A DNA stretch of 63,674 nt, counting the filler, from Pelomyxa schiedti (taxonomy: Eukaryota; Protista; Evosea): assembly GCA_020536535.1 (NCBI GenBank). It is 13 parts of 13 records of this genome, joined end to end, with 100 filler letters (N's around TTAATTAATTAA, not from the genome) between each part and the next. Parts side by side here need not be neighbours in the genome. Positions count along the whole stretch, not along the records: positions 30,235 to 44,932 come from JAHLWZ010000247.1; positions 45,033 to 49,682 come from JAHLWZ010001573.1; positions 49,783 to 50,993 come from JAHLWZ010002693.1; 10 more parts are not named here. One strand, 5' to 3'. Positions 38,706-50,524 of the stretch are shown here, piece by piece. Position 1 is the stretch's first letter, and the number at the start of each line of letters is the position of its first letter. Under the pieces are notes generated by a model, which was not told where the DNA came from, did not search any database, and saw nothing but the letters and a program-made list of their open reading frames with translations. Made by a program: the position numbers and the translations under genes.

Positions 38706-39806
38706 TCATGAACAACCATCTGTGCTTCCCGTTTTCTTCTTTTTCACTTTGGAGCGCTTCCTTTTTTCTTCCCTGTTTTGGGAGTCATGTGCCTCTGCAA
38801 CAATGAGAAGGTCGCGGTATGTACTGGCCAATGCTGCATTCCAGCATTCTAGAAGACCCTGGCCTGTGTTACATGACACCTGTAATAGTAATAGGTGAAA
38901 ATCTAATAATTTGGTGTTAATCCTACCTCAAAGTAGGGCACACCACCAAGTTCAGAGTGATTGTATCTCCTCAGGTGTAACTGCTCGTGCCAAATCACAC
39001 TTATTGCCAACAATAAATACCTTGGGCAGAAGGTCACCTGTTTCAGCGCCAGTATACCTTGTGATTTCCTTGACCCAGAGGGGAACTACTGCAAATGACT
39101 CATGGTCGCTCAGGTCAAAGATAACGAAGAAACCTTGCGCAAGTAAGTGGGGTGTATCGTTTTTAGGTTAAAGATACCAACACACTTCCTGTGCCAAGAA
39201 ACGCAAACATGACGGAATCTTTCCTCACCAGCTGAATCCCACATCTATCTCCCTTGTGTGTGGAAATGGAAAAAGAAGGGAGAACCTTGGTTTGTAAAAC
39301 TGTATGCTTCCCCTTTTCCGCCAAGTCAAATGTTCCATGATAGAAACCCTCACCATCACACTGGAAACTTGTTGTCTCTAAGTAAATATAAACTAATAAA
39401 TATTGGCGCCACACCATTTTGATTTAGTTTGAATGAAATACAAGTAGCAAATACAACACAAAGCATTGGCATTAATTAATTACACACAGTCACATGGGAG
39501 TGGCCCCGATGTCCTGCCCTGTATGCACCGTGACATGAACGTCGACTTGCCCACGTTGGCCTCCCCAGTGGAAGCCAAGGATATCACCCACTCCCATTCC
39601 CCTTGTTGTTGTCCTCCTTGTTGCTGCTTTGGTTTGGTGCTGCCACAAAGTGCTGCTGCACACGGTGACGTTGGTGATGATGATGATGCCGGCGGGTGGT
39701 GACGTGACATGCCAATGTATCGTGAGTAGTTCCGCTGCTGTTGTTCAGTCAATGACGACGATGATCTAGTCGTGCACGACGAGGACGTGGTTGTTGTTGT
39801 GGCCAT
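38706..39806 (-). pseudogene. Frameshifted copy of small GTPase A
   Basis: 5-nt deletion in a coding exon (ttcagaacagagtg becomes ttcagagtg near 38955), a 10-nt deletion near 39407, and homology ending at GCS before the CaaX is complete. Confidence 0.7.
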
Positions 39807-39908
39807 AGTGACAGATCGGTTTTCCACAAAAACCGTTATTTTTTTTTTGTTTCGTCGTTTTTATTTGGTTTTTGGGTTTGATTTATACGAAGATGCCGGG
39901 GAATCAAG

Positions 39909-40273
39909 ACAAAAGCACTGAAGTTAGTAAATGCCAATTTACAATCAAAACACAACGACGTCACAGTGTGTTACACAGTAAGCACATCCAACACGATGGG
40001 ACAAAAGAACGAACCAGTCCTGCTGTGCCACCCACACAAGAACTGTATGTACACAACAATCGACAATGGCACCGTGCTCACACGCGACTTCACAGCAACC
40101 ACAGCCGCGCGACGGCGATAACGGCGACGAGCACCACCGCCGCCGCCGTTGTTGCTGTTGTTCTGCTGTGATCCTGTTGTTGTTGTTGTTGTTTTGGGTT
40201 TTGCTGTGGTGGTGGCAGTGTTGTTGTTGCTGTTGTTGGTGCTGTTGGCTTTGTTTTTCTTGTGGCGAGGCAT
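39909..40273 (-). pseudogene. 5' remnant of Cys/His-finger paralog 1
   Basis: The junction gaatcaag|acaaaagcac joins positions equivalent to ~35067 and ~35931, removing the rest of the gene. Confidence 0.7.
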
Positions 40274-40419
40274 TGTGGGTGACTGTTTGTCGGTGCGACG
40301 GGCCAACCGACGGTCACAACCGAAAAAAAAAAAGAATCTTCTTCTGATTCTTTCAACTTCTCTGATGTTCGTTGTAGGTTTTGTTGGTACTGCTCGTGGC
40401 TCTTTTCGATAGAGGTATC

Positions 40420-41863
40420 TCACAACGCATTCCTTAACCTAAGGGTGTGTCTTTTCTTTGATCGTAGGGATCAGATTTGTGAGGAGTGATGGCCGATGGA
40501 TTCAGGGAATCTCGCCGCGGTGATTGGGCGCCAAGTTGGCCAACTAATTATGGTCATTCACGGGAACGAGTGTGTTCAAGCTAACAGGCACCAGCCAACC
40601 GACCCACCTTATAAACCCCCTCTGTATCGTGTAAATAGTTAAGACAAAGTTGTTATATAAGCAAACACAAACATATGAGAACAGCAACACTATTCAGTCC
40701 ACAACGTCCCTCTCCTGGACCACCACTCTTACAGATTACTATTGTTGGTTGCATCTGGAGGCAATGTGGCAATGTGGGGAGCAGACTTACACGGTCTATC
40801 AGAGAATCCACAGCAGCTCCAAAATGACTCACGGTCCTGCATTAAGATGGCGTTAACTGGAATAATTGGTCAAGGAAGTGCCTACTCCCTGTGAAAACAG
40901 AAGCCGGTGTTTTACCACACATCAAATAATCACATAAGAATGAGAAATATCCTACATCCTATGTGTTGAGGGTGGGAACTTGCTTTTGATTTTTTAAGGG
41001 CACCACACATTCCACTTGGGTAGTACAAACAGAGCGTGAAGTAAATATCATTAGAAAGAAGAACCTGGCAATTTCGCTACACACATAAGAGACAGTCTGT
41101 TATGGTAGTGTAAGGAAGGGAATGAAAGAGTCTGGAAAATACTTCCTAAGCCAATTGTGCAAGTAAGTGTGGAAATGTATCGACCGGTTTTATTCGAAAT
41201 GTTAACGAAAAGATTGTAGCGTGTCAGTGCATACAGACTGACGAAATCAGAAAAAGCGAAAAAAATAATGAAATGTACATACTGTCTTGTCCAAATCAAC
41301 AGAGAAAAAAGTACGAGGTGTTAGTTTGAAAATAAAGGTAAAGGTTACAGGGTGCCAGCGGCATTCGTCACTGGTGCTTAGGCCCGGAATGTACGTTGTC
41401 CAGCACCTTGCACATCGCGTTGGGATTACAACTTTCATTATCTTGGCAATAGCGAGCCCTACTTCTTCCGGTACACTCATTCTGCACATAACGCTTTTCG
41501 CACCTTTCAACAGTGTTAGCATTCCACAATTCAAACTATTAAGTAATGTTCAATAAAAAAGAACCCAACCGGTCCTGCTGTGCCATCCACACAAGAACTG
41601 TATGTACACAACAATCAATGTGGGCACCGTTCGCACACGCGGCTTTACAGCAACCACCGATTCAGCAGGTGGCTCTTGCATCACTGGAATAACAACAACA
41701 GCGGCAGTGCCACCGCCAATGCTAAGACCGTGGCCGCTATGGTGGTTGTTGTTGATATTGGTGTTCTGTGAGCAGTGGTCTTGTTGTTGTTACTGCTGGG
41801 CCTCTTGTTGTTGATGTTGTTCCTTTTGGTTATGTTGCTTCTATTTCTCTTGTGGCGAGGCAT
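40420..41863 (-). pseudogene. Disrupted copy of Cys/His-finger paralog 2
   Basis: Frameshift in exon 1 (ORF stops at 41681), ~60-nt deletion near 41345, and the solo LTR in the last exon. Confidence 0.7.
40478..40733. mobile_element. Solo LTR (256 bp, TG...CA, 4-bp TSD GATT)
   Basis: Absent from the paralogous site (tcagattact at 36491). Flanked by GATT at 40474-40477 and 40734-40737. Termini TGTGAGGAGTGATGG and CCACCACTCTTACA are imperfect inverted repeats. Internal TATAAA near 40610. Confidence 0.85.
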
Positions 41864-41931
41864 TGTTGGTGAAAAAACCACCAGAAAAAACTGATTGGTC
41901 TTGGCTTTCGTCGAAAGAGAAAAAAACGGTG

Positions 41932-42879
41932 ATGGCAGCGTTACCCATAATTATTGTCAACTGGGAGCGATACACCAAGTATATGATTGGTGGGGGTGAC
42001 AGTCCATGGGAGGTGCGCGTCGGGCTCGTTGGGGAGCCCGGCCTCGGCAAAACAACATTCAGGCATCTTTGTACATATCATGATGCAACAGATTCTAATT
42101 CGCGTGCGTGTCGCCCCTCGAGCGAATTCGATCATGCGGCCACCCACAATTCACACAAACGTGTGCGCGGTACATTAAAAAGGAAAGGAAAGACCGATGC
42201 GTGACAAGGACGATTTCTACTGCGGGAGTTATGATTATGTGCACAAAGGTAAACACACCATGTTTAAAACCAAGGTTTCTTCTTGCTTCCTTTCTTTTTG
42301 TGTGCCCTAATAGGATTTCTCTCTTTGTTGAGATTTGGGATGAAGCAAATAACGAGCCTCCCATTGGTAAACCTGTTTATTGGTTTGAAGAGGCTGCTGG
42401 TAACTATTCTGTATTTCTATTTGTCTTCTGAATGGCAACCCCCAACACCCACCACAGCCATCCTCATTTTTTTTGATCTGAGCAAGCACCACACTTTTGA
42501 GTGTATTGATCAGTGGCTCCAACAAATTAGAACGTGGACTGCCTCTTGCTCTGGTGACATTTTTCCCAAAGTATTTGTTATTGGCAACAAAAGTGATTTG
42601 CCAAGAGCCGTCACACGTGAGGAGATAAAAATTATGTGCTCTGACCTGAGAGTTTCCTACTTTGAGGTTTTTGCAAAAATTCACACATGAATAACTTTGG
42701 TTACACAAACAACACAGATATCATGTTCCACAGAACGTGGTGTTGAGGAATGTTGGCATTCCATCATCCAGGAAGTGTACACTGACCTAGAAATGCTAGC
42801 TGATGCCAAACATAAGGCTCTATCAACCAGCAATAGCACATCAACAACCACTGCTGCTGACCACTGCTCTCTTTCCTAA
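41932..42879 (+). CDS. Divergent Rab/Ras-superfamily small GTPase B, multi-exon
   Basis: GEPGLGKTT, EIWDEAN (degenerate G3), IFFDLSKHHTFE, VIGNKSDL, FE/ISC; ends DHCSLS* (CaaX-like). Confidence 0.8.
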
Positions 42880-42923
42880 TTTTTTTTTTTTTTGTGTTTC
42901 AAATCAAACTGAAAACAACAACA

Positions 42924-43749
42924 ATGAGTAGTAGTAACAACACATCAGGACTGAGTGGGGTTGCGGCGTGGTATGATCAGTACAGTCGCCATCACGCTAG
43001 TTCACTTGTGGTTGCTGTGGCAATGTTGGGTGAGAATGGTGTAGGGAAGACCTCGCTGAGGAACACCTTCATGAAGTTGTCGGCATCACCTGATTTTCCT
43101 GCTGGTTGGTTACACAACTTATTTGTTGTTGTTACACAATTAAGGGATTGAGCGTGATCCAATTGGCTATTTCCCAAGTAGGTTGATCTATTTGGAACAA
43201 ACCAAGCAGCACACTGTGTATACAAGGGTATACTCTTTTTCAGGCAGAGTATTAATTTCTGTTGTGCTCACCACACCATTAAGATTTGGGACAATCTTGG
43301 GGNNNNNNNNNNNNNNNNNNNNNNNNNNNNNNNNNNNNNNNNNNNNNNNNNNNNNNNNNNNNNNNNNNNNNNNNNNNNNNNNNNNNNNNNNNNNNNNNNN
43401 NNGTGGACTGCCTCTTGCTCTGGTGACATTTTTCCCAAAGTATTTGTTATTGGCAACAAAAGTGATTTGCCAAGAGCCGTCACACGTGAGGAGATAAAAA
43501 TTATGTGCTCTGACCTGAGAGTTACCTACTTTGAGGTTTTTGCAAACATTCACACATGAATAACTTTGGTTATTACAAACAACGCAGATATCATGTTCCA
43601 CAGAACGTGGTGTTGAGGAATGTTGGCATTCCATCATCCAGGAAGTGTACACTGACCTAGAAATGCTAGCCGATGCCAAACATAAGGCTCTATCAACCAG
43701 CAATAGCACACCAACAACCACTGCTGCTGACCACTGTTCTCTTTCCTAA
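42924..43749. repeat. Gap-flanking duplicate: 5' part of GTPase C (42924-43302) and 3' part of GTPase B (43403-43749)
   Basis: 42535-43302 is near-identical to 43403-44185 across a 100-N gap. Confidence 0.85.
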
Positions 43750-43787
43750 TTTTTTTTTGTGTTCAAATCAAACCGAAAACAACAACA

Positions 43788-44687
43788 ATGAGTGCAACAT
43801 CTTGTAGTAGTAGTAACAACACATCAGGACTGAGTGGGGTTGCGGCGTGGTATGATCAGTACAGTCGCCATCACGCTAGTTCACTTGTGGTTGCTGTGGC
43901 AATGTTGGGCGAGAATGGTGTAGGGAAGACCTCGCTGAGGAACACCTTCATGAAGTTGTCGGCATCACCTGATTTTCCTGCTGGTTGGAGTGTTACACAA
44001 CTTATTTGTTGTTGTTACACAAGTCAGGGATTGAGCGTGATCCAATTGGCTATTTCCCAAGTAAGTTGATCTATTTGGAACAAACCAAGCAGCACACTGT
44101 GTATACAAGGGTATACTCTTTTTCAGGCAGAGTATTAATTTCTGTTGTGCTCACCACACCATTAAGATTTGGGACAATCTTGGGGAGGGATCCCTGCCAC
44201 AGCCTGATTGCCGGTTTTTCAGGAAGCTTGCAGGTAGTAAGATACTCCGCACCCAAAAAACAAAAACCACAAACAGGCTTTCTCCTTGTATTTGACCTCA
44301 ACGACCACCACACTTTTGAGTGTGTTGTTCACTGGCACCAGCAGATTCGGAGGTTTATTTACTGTGATCCCGGTGATGCCTTTCCCAAGTTGTTCCTTGT
44401 TGGAAACAAGTGTGATTTGCCAAGGCAAGTAACACCACTCGAGATACAATCACTGTGCACAGACCTTGGTGGCACTCCCTACTTCGAGGTTGGAATGCAC
44501 AACAAATAACCCCACCCACTCAGTCTACCTATTTACTTGTTCTCAGAAACAACATACTAAAATAACAACCACACCACAGGTGTCGTGCCACACAGGCCAT
44601 GGTGTCAGAGAATGTTGGGATACAATTGTAAGTACTGTGTACCGCGACCTCCTCACACTCTCTGGCTGTCAACAACACGCAACCTGA
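43788..44687 (+). CDS. Divergent Rab/Ras-superfamily small GTPase C, multi-exon
   Basis: GENGVGKTS, IWDNLGE, LVFDLNDHHTFE, LVGNKCDL, FE/VSCHTG; ends SGCQQHAT* with no canonical prenylation motif. Confidence 0.8.
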
Positions 44688-44746
44688 TAAAACAAAAGGA
44701 AAACATGACACATTCAGTTTCTTTTTTTAAAACTATGAAAAACAAC

Positions 44747-44932
44747 TTAGAGGGAGTCATCTTCCTCAAACGGATACTCTCGTGCAATTTCCTTGAGCTT
44801 GTCAACCACTTCTTCCATGGGAGGCCTCTGAGGGAAATGAGAAGTCAAGAAAAGAGGAAAAGGAATACTAACATCTGCGGGATTGGGTGCCAAGCAGCTC
44901 TTAATGAGATGGAACTGGCCAGTGGTTAGACA
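44747..44932 (-). CDS. 3' end of a protein kinase (subdomain XI), cut by contig end
   Basis: Spliced HLIKSCLAPNPAD/RPPMEEVVDKLKEI...*. Confidence 0.65.
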   Translation of the reverse strand, partial: CLTTGQFHLIKSCLAPNPADVSIPFPLFLTSHFPQRPPMEEVVDKLKEIAREYPFEEDDSL

Positions 44933-45806
44933 NNNNNNNNNNNNNNNNNNNNNNNNNNNNNNNNNNNNNNNNNNNNTTAATTAATTAANNNNNNNNNNNN
45001 NNNNNNNNNNNNNNNNNNNNNNNNNNNNNNNNGGGCGGCACTGCTCAAGCGCAGTCTCTTGATGGAGGCCAAGATCAAGAGGATGTTCTCTGAGAGGCCT
45101 TGAGCTTCTTACCGTATGATTAGAAACCTTCGTTCCAAAAAAAACTTTCGTTGTCCACTTTCGGCCGATCATTATCGCAGATTATTTTATTCAGCCAGGC
45201 GTTGTGGTTTTTGGAGCCGGAAAAGACACGCGAAAGAAAGAACATGAAATTTCATTTTATACAGTGAGTCAATGATGTCGATTGTGTCAGGGAAAAGGAG
45301 TTCATATTGTTCATCATGTGTCCGGATCAACCTGGTGAACAATCTGAAGAATTATGGGCAGTCTTTGAAAGTTAATCTACACCAGTGAGGTTGCGAGATC
45401 TAGCAAGGCCAAAGTACTGTGCACAAATTAAAATGGGGTAGGAAAAGGAAATCCTTACTTTTCCATTAGGCCGTGATCCAGTAAAAGCAGAGAACCAACC
45501 TTTTTGTGTTGAATTTCAGCCTCTTTGTTGTCATGCAGATATGAAGTGAAAGAATCATCCAAAGCGTGCAATTGTCATCTCAGGATATTCCGCGGCCGTG
45601 TAGTTCAGACTGGCCAATCTGTGCCAAAATGCTTGAGTAAGATGAACTGAAGGAGGAAAACAGCACACCAAGGAAATCAGAACGCGAATGCACCTCGTGC
45701 AGCGCGCTCGAGCACACAACAAGAACGTCACGTGAGAGGCTTTCGTGTAACATACACCCCATCAAACAAAAAAAAAGTGGCTGTTCACCACCCCTCAAAG
45801 AGGTGA

Positions 45807-47219
45807 TCATGAGACGAAGAGAGATGACTGCTGGTTGATGTAAAACGTGGAGGAAAACAGCACCTCGAGGGTGATCATGGCAGCCAGCCCTGACGACGCG
45901 TCAATCACGTGTATCTTCCTGTCACTCTCACTCACTGCGAACAGGAATCCACAGCCTGCAATTACTTGGTCGAAATTGTCACTGCTCTGGAAGCACCTCA
46001 CTGGTTGCTCCGCGTTGTGGCAGTCCCACAGTTCGTAGGACTTCTCACAGCCATAGGCCCTCCCAATGCAGAACATGGTGTCACTCAGCTGTGACAGGTC
46101 TGAACACCTCGCCGACAACACCGTTGTCAGACCTGTTGCGGCCTCAACCTGGTATACTGTGCCCAATAATGGCTTCAAGATGAAGACAATAGAGCCATCA
46201 GTCTTCCTCCTCCTCAACACCAACGCATGAACAGGAACGCCTTGGAACGATGGCACAGCCACCAAAGCAGAACAAGCACCATCCTGCATTCCTCTTGTCC
46301 CCATTGACGTACGCGCCAGCACTGAAATTCTCCTTGATTCGCGTGCCTGGTGGACATCAAACAGCGTGAGGGAAACCTCCTGGGTGGAAACGCAGCTGAG
46401 GGCAAATAGTGCCTCGTCTGGAAAGATGTTGTTCATGAACATCCTCATTCTGGTATTTGCCTCCCAAGTCACCCATGGAACATCAATCCCAGCAGTGCAC
46501 GGTACAGTCAGTCCCGCCGTCTCACAGGAACTAGTGGTTGTGGTTATGGTCGTGGCCGTGGCTGTGGTGTAGCAGTGAATTCCAGTTACCGCCAGTGTCA
46601 CGCAGTTGCTTGCACTTACAATTCCTCCTCTCGCATCTCTGACCACCTCCCTCTCGCACGTGACCCACCACTTGGAATTCACGGCGTCGCACACAACACC
46701 CTCCCTGCTGATACGCAGTACCCCGTCACGCTCCGTCCCCGTCCCCGTGGTCGTGGTGGTGGCCGTGCCCCAGCCTCGCCTCTGCAGGCGCAGCGAAATG
46801 GCGCCAAACATGCCCCAGGTCCTCTGCAGCGAGACGCCGGGCGCCGCCCAGCTCACCGTGTCGCCCGTGGTGCCGGCGACGCGCCCGCCCCGCGTCGCGA
46901 CGCCCAGCGTGGTGCGGGACACGCCGAACGCCACCGACTGCTGCCCCGCCGCGCCTCCCCCCTTGCTCACGAGCGCCAGGGTGACCGACGCCACCGCGGC
47001 GCAGCCCGGCCCCGCGACCCACTCGCACCAGAGGTGGCGGGCCAGCGGCGCGACGAGGCACACGGGGCGGGCCGGGCTGAGCGCCCCGCACCGCGGCAGG
47101 GACGACGCCATCAGCGCCGCGAACTGGTCGCCGGCGCGGACCATCGCGACCACCGACACCGCCGCTCCCCGCCACTGCTTGCGCTGCAGCGACTGCGCCT
47201 TGTTGTTGCCCGATGCCAT
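45807..47219 (-). CDS. Intronless lineage-expanded family protein (DQFAAL...RCG..SPA N-terminal motif; beta-propeller-like C-terminus)
   Basis: About 470-aa GC-rich ORF: DQFAALMASSLPRCGALSPAR...LWCEWV, NSKWWV, YELWDCHN, IHVIDASSG. Confidence 0.75.
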   Translation of the reverse strand: MASGNNKAQSLQRKQWRGAAVSVVAMVRAGDQFAALMASSLPRCGALSPARPVCLVAPLARHLWCEWVAGPGCAAVASVTLALVSKGGGAAGQQSVAFGVSRTTLGVATRGGRVAGTTGDTVSWAAPGVSLQRTWGMFGAISLRLQRRGWGTATTTTTGTGTERDGVLRISREGVVCDAVNSKWWVTCEREVVRDARGGIVSASNCVTLAVTGIHCYTTATATTITTTTSSCETAGLTVPCTAGIDVPWVTWEANTRMRMFMNNIFPDEALFALSCVSTQEVSLTLFDVHQARESRRISVLARTSMGTRGMQDGACSALVAVPSFQGVPVHALVLRRRKTDGSIVFILKPLLGTVYQVEAATGLTTVLSARCSDLSQLSDTMFCIGRAYGCEKSYELWDCHNAEQPVRCFQSSDNFDQVIAGCGFLFAVSESDRKIHVIDASSGLAAMITLEVLFSSTFYINQQSSLFVS

Positions 47220-49587
47220 CGTTTGTTTGGTTTCGTGAAAAACAACAAAGTGAAACTTAAATTTCAAGGTGTGCAGAGGGTGGGGGTGATCGTCTGAGGG
47301 GGAGATGCAAGGGTACCACCCAGCTGTTGTTGGTGTTGGTATTGGTGCTGGAACAGCACGTCGGTGCGCTGGGCGGCATCTACCTCTGGAGACTGGTGAC
47401 GCGATACTCGGATTCGATCGATCAAACATATTCGGGAAACAAAGTCCAGGTGCCAGGGAAAAGCGCTCGTCACCTCCATTCCACCAGAGCCCAATCCAGT
47501 GCATTGGGGAACCTGCCTCCCGTGAGGGTTCTGTAGCCACCACGGCCTTTTTTGGCTGGCACTATCACTTTGCTGATGAAAACGACAATGGGGGTCCACA
47601 GCACAGCCAATTGGACCCGGGCCAGGCATCCTCTGCTGCCTTGCCCAACGCAGGGCTGTGGGCTCCCGCTAAGCCGTCAGCGCAGCGAGCTGATGGAGCC
47701 CAACAGTGTCCAGTGTTTAGCTTGAGGGTTTGAATAGCCACCTGCAATCACAACAACAGAAAAACCCTCCCTCTGAAAACTTGAATGAGAAGGTCTTCTT
47801 TCCCTGCACACACTCGGTGTTTTCTAACAATCACACAGGCACTTGTTGGTTGGAGTCAAGCAGCCACCGTTTCAGCCATCCCCTTTCTTTCTGCTACCTG
47901 TAGCAGAGAACTCTGATCACTAACCAAGTTGGGAGAACACGATAGACAATTAAATTAAAGTGACGACGCTGTAATGAATGGTATCGGCCAATACCACACA
48001 GTGGTCTCTGCGTGTTGTAAACGATTCGGTTCGTGCATTCTCGTTAATTCAACAGGTGGGCACTTCTGAACCGTGGCTGGCAGGACAGGTTCGTGAACTG
48101 ATATGGACGGAAATCACAGTGCACATGCCAGTGCGGGAATGATGATAATCATGCACATACAATGTCTGACAAGTGGCTCAAGAGTAAAGACCAAACCTGG
48201 GCAAAATGTGAGGATTTAAGCCATGCCGGGTTTGTACCCATTTGTATTCCTTATAGGAAAATAGTGGTAGTTTCCATTTCCAGTAGGACTCTCAGCCATA
48301 TCATTCCAAAGGAACCAGTTGTTGTATTCTCCACTATATTTCCGTAATATAACGTCCTGGAGTCGGCATATCCAGGTTTCGGGATACACTTGATGCAAAA
48401 GGCATGTGAATCCATGTGGTATCCAACCTTGAACAGTGTTGGTTCCGCGGGTTCTCTTCCGAATTCAAGTGCAAATACACACAGTTATAATATACGGTTG
48501 AGGCAGAGAACACAAGAGCTTTCCATAGTTTGTGTGCTGAAAAGGATAACTTCCACTTCCCGCATAAACACCAGGGTATTTTCTGAGTTATCGATTGTCA
48601 CCAGAGGCCAGCTACGTTTAAAATTGGGTATCCCCAGTTACTGTTACACCCAACAAGCTTTATTCATATGCAATCGAACCAAGATAACTTTTGAAAACTT
48701 ACTTTTTGCTGATACACCAGACAATCTTTGACTTTGGGCTTAAGCCACAATCACTGGTGCCTTCACAGCACCCAAGTTGTGTGGTGCTGAATAGGTTTTA
48801 AACCAGTCAATTTAGTGTGTTGGTTACATTGAAGCAGGCCTTTCATTTCTTGTTCACATTCAACTTCGCTGGATAAGGCACAGTGTAACCTTGCTGGCTT
48901 CTTTCAACTTGATGGAGATGGTTCCCTTTGAAAATAGGAACAGATTGAATAGTGATGATGCATCAAACAGAGGGAGTCAAGAATCTGTTGTCTATCCAGC
49001 AACTGTAGTAGGCCTTGTTTGGATTGGCATCAGGCGTATCACCGCTTCTCAGGTGGAATGGTATTATTCCTTCAACTTTCCAGACCATAGTACCATGGCC
49101 TCAAACTTGGCAGGTAAATCACAACGTAAAAGTGTAGTCGAAGTTGACACTGCTCAACACAGCGTTGGCCACTTGTGCTCATCTGAAATAGTTCCCAGTG
49201 GAGTCCACGGCTTGAGCCTCTGTCTGAGCTTAACATTCCTCGACCAATGAAGACTCAGAGTTCAATGAGCAACGTACGGTGGAATACAAGTTCCGTGGCC
49301 GTGGAATACACGTGAACTCGAACGCAGTTTTAACACCCGCGTACCACCGTTTCCAAAAAAAGTGGAACGAAGGAGAATAGGATTGTATCTACTGTGCGAC
49401 TATTTGTAGGGGTAACAGTATGATGATCTCGCACCAGTTACTATTGGTACGTCTCTCGTGGCACCCCACAATATTGTTTTGGAAAACTGGCCAGTGTATT
49501 ACTGTATTCTATCATCAATGATCCTAAAAAGTACCACACCTTTTACAAAAACCTCTATGTCTTTTCTTTACTTTTTTTGTGCCAAAT

Positions 49588-49670
49588 ATGGCCAAGAGTC
49601 ATTGAGACACTGTTTGAAAGCCAAAGATGTGGTCTTACATCTGAACAATGCAATGTTCGTTGCAACCATA
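49588..49670. repeat. About 85-bp segment with an inverted, diverged copy at ~50152-50245 in the next contig
   Basis: gccaagagtcattgagacactg...gccaaagatgtggtcttac versus gtaagaccacatctttggc...cagtgtctcaatgactcttggc. Confidence 0.7.
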
Positions 49671-50524
49671 GATGGGCCTTAGNNNNNNNNNNNNNNNNNN
49701 NNNNNNNNNNNNNNNNNNNNNNNNNNTTAATTAATTAANNNNNNNNNNNNNNNNNNNNNNNNNNNNNNNNNNNNNNNNNNNNGAGTAATTATATGGTGAT
49801 GCATGTATGAGAAAGCTTCTGTGTTTGTGTAGTTTGAGAAAGGTCTATGAGGCTTATTGGCTGGTTTAATCACGCCAATTGTGCCTTTGGTATTGTTAAT
49901 TTGTTATTACATACAAAAATATAAGGTGAAGCATCAAGAGACCCAGAAATGCCGCAACAGCAGGTGGTGGGTGTTGGCTGTGCTCAGTGTCTCTCTCCTA
50001 TTGTGCTCGCCAATCAATGTTTGCTTGTACATCGGCACTACCTGTGTAAACGCTCCTGTCTGTTGGACATCCCACAAGTACAAGTCACAGAAAAACACAG
50101 AGTTTTTGAGCTGGAACCACTGGTCCAAGCCTGGGCTACATGACCCCCAAATGGGTTGCAATGAACATTGCATTGAAAAGACGTAAGACCACATCTTTGG
50201 CATTCTCTCAGTGTCTCAATGACTCTTGGCCTTTATTTGGCAAAAAATTCCAACCAACTTCATTGCCAGGTTTTTGTTTTCATTACAAAAAAAAAACAGG
50301 AGTACAACACACATGCACACCAGTGTGGTTATTGAGGGGGAGATTTTATGTGTGTACTTGTGTGTGGGAGTAGTTTGTTGTGTGACGGCAAAGCCATTCA
50401 ACAATATCAAGAAAAGTTCACTATTACCTGTCCTATTTGTTTGATGTTTGTTTTGCAGGATGAGGTTTGAGTGGTGATTAGGTTGGAGTGTTACAGGTGA
50501 ATAAAGATCCAAAAAGTATGGGGT

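Larger units (their letters stand above)
38706..42063. repeat. Degenerate second copy of segment ~33850-37934
   Basis: Colinear high-identity copy with an ~860-bp deletion, small frameshifting indels and a solo-LTR insertion. Confidence 0.9.

Noticed and set aside
42535-44185. Apparent extra tandem copies of GTPases B and C
   Set aside because: Near-identical overlap across a scaffold gap; most simply uncollapsed alleles, so not counted as extra genes.
46575-47297. Long plus-strand ORFs opposite GC-rich genes (also antisense ORFs at 8229-8924 and 61386-61904)
   Set aside because: Antisense shadows of GC-rich coding sequence, with no motifs.
47950-49260. Coding-like minus-strand stretch
   Set aside because: Many stops and no recognisable domain; cannot support a call.
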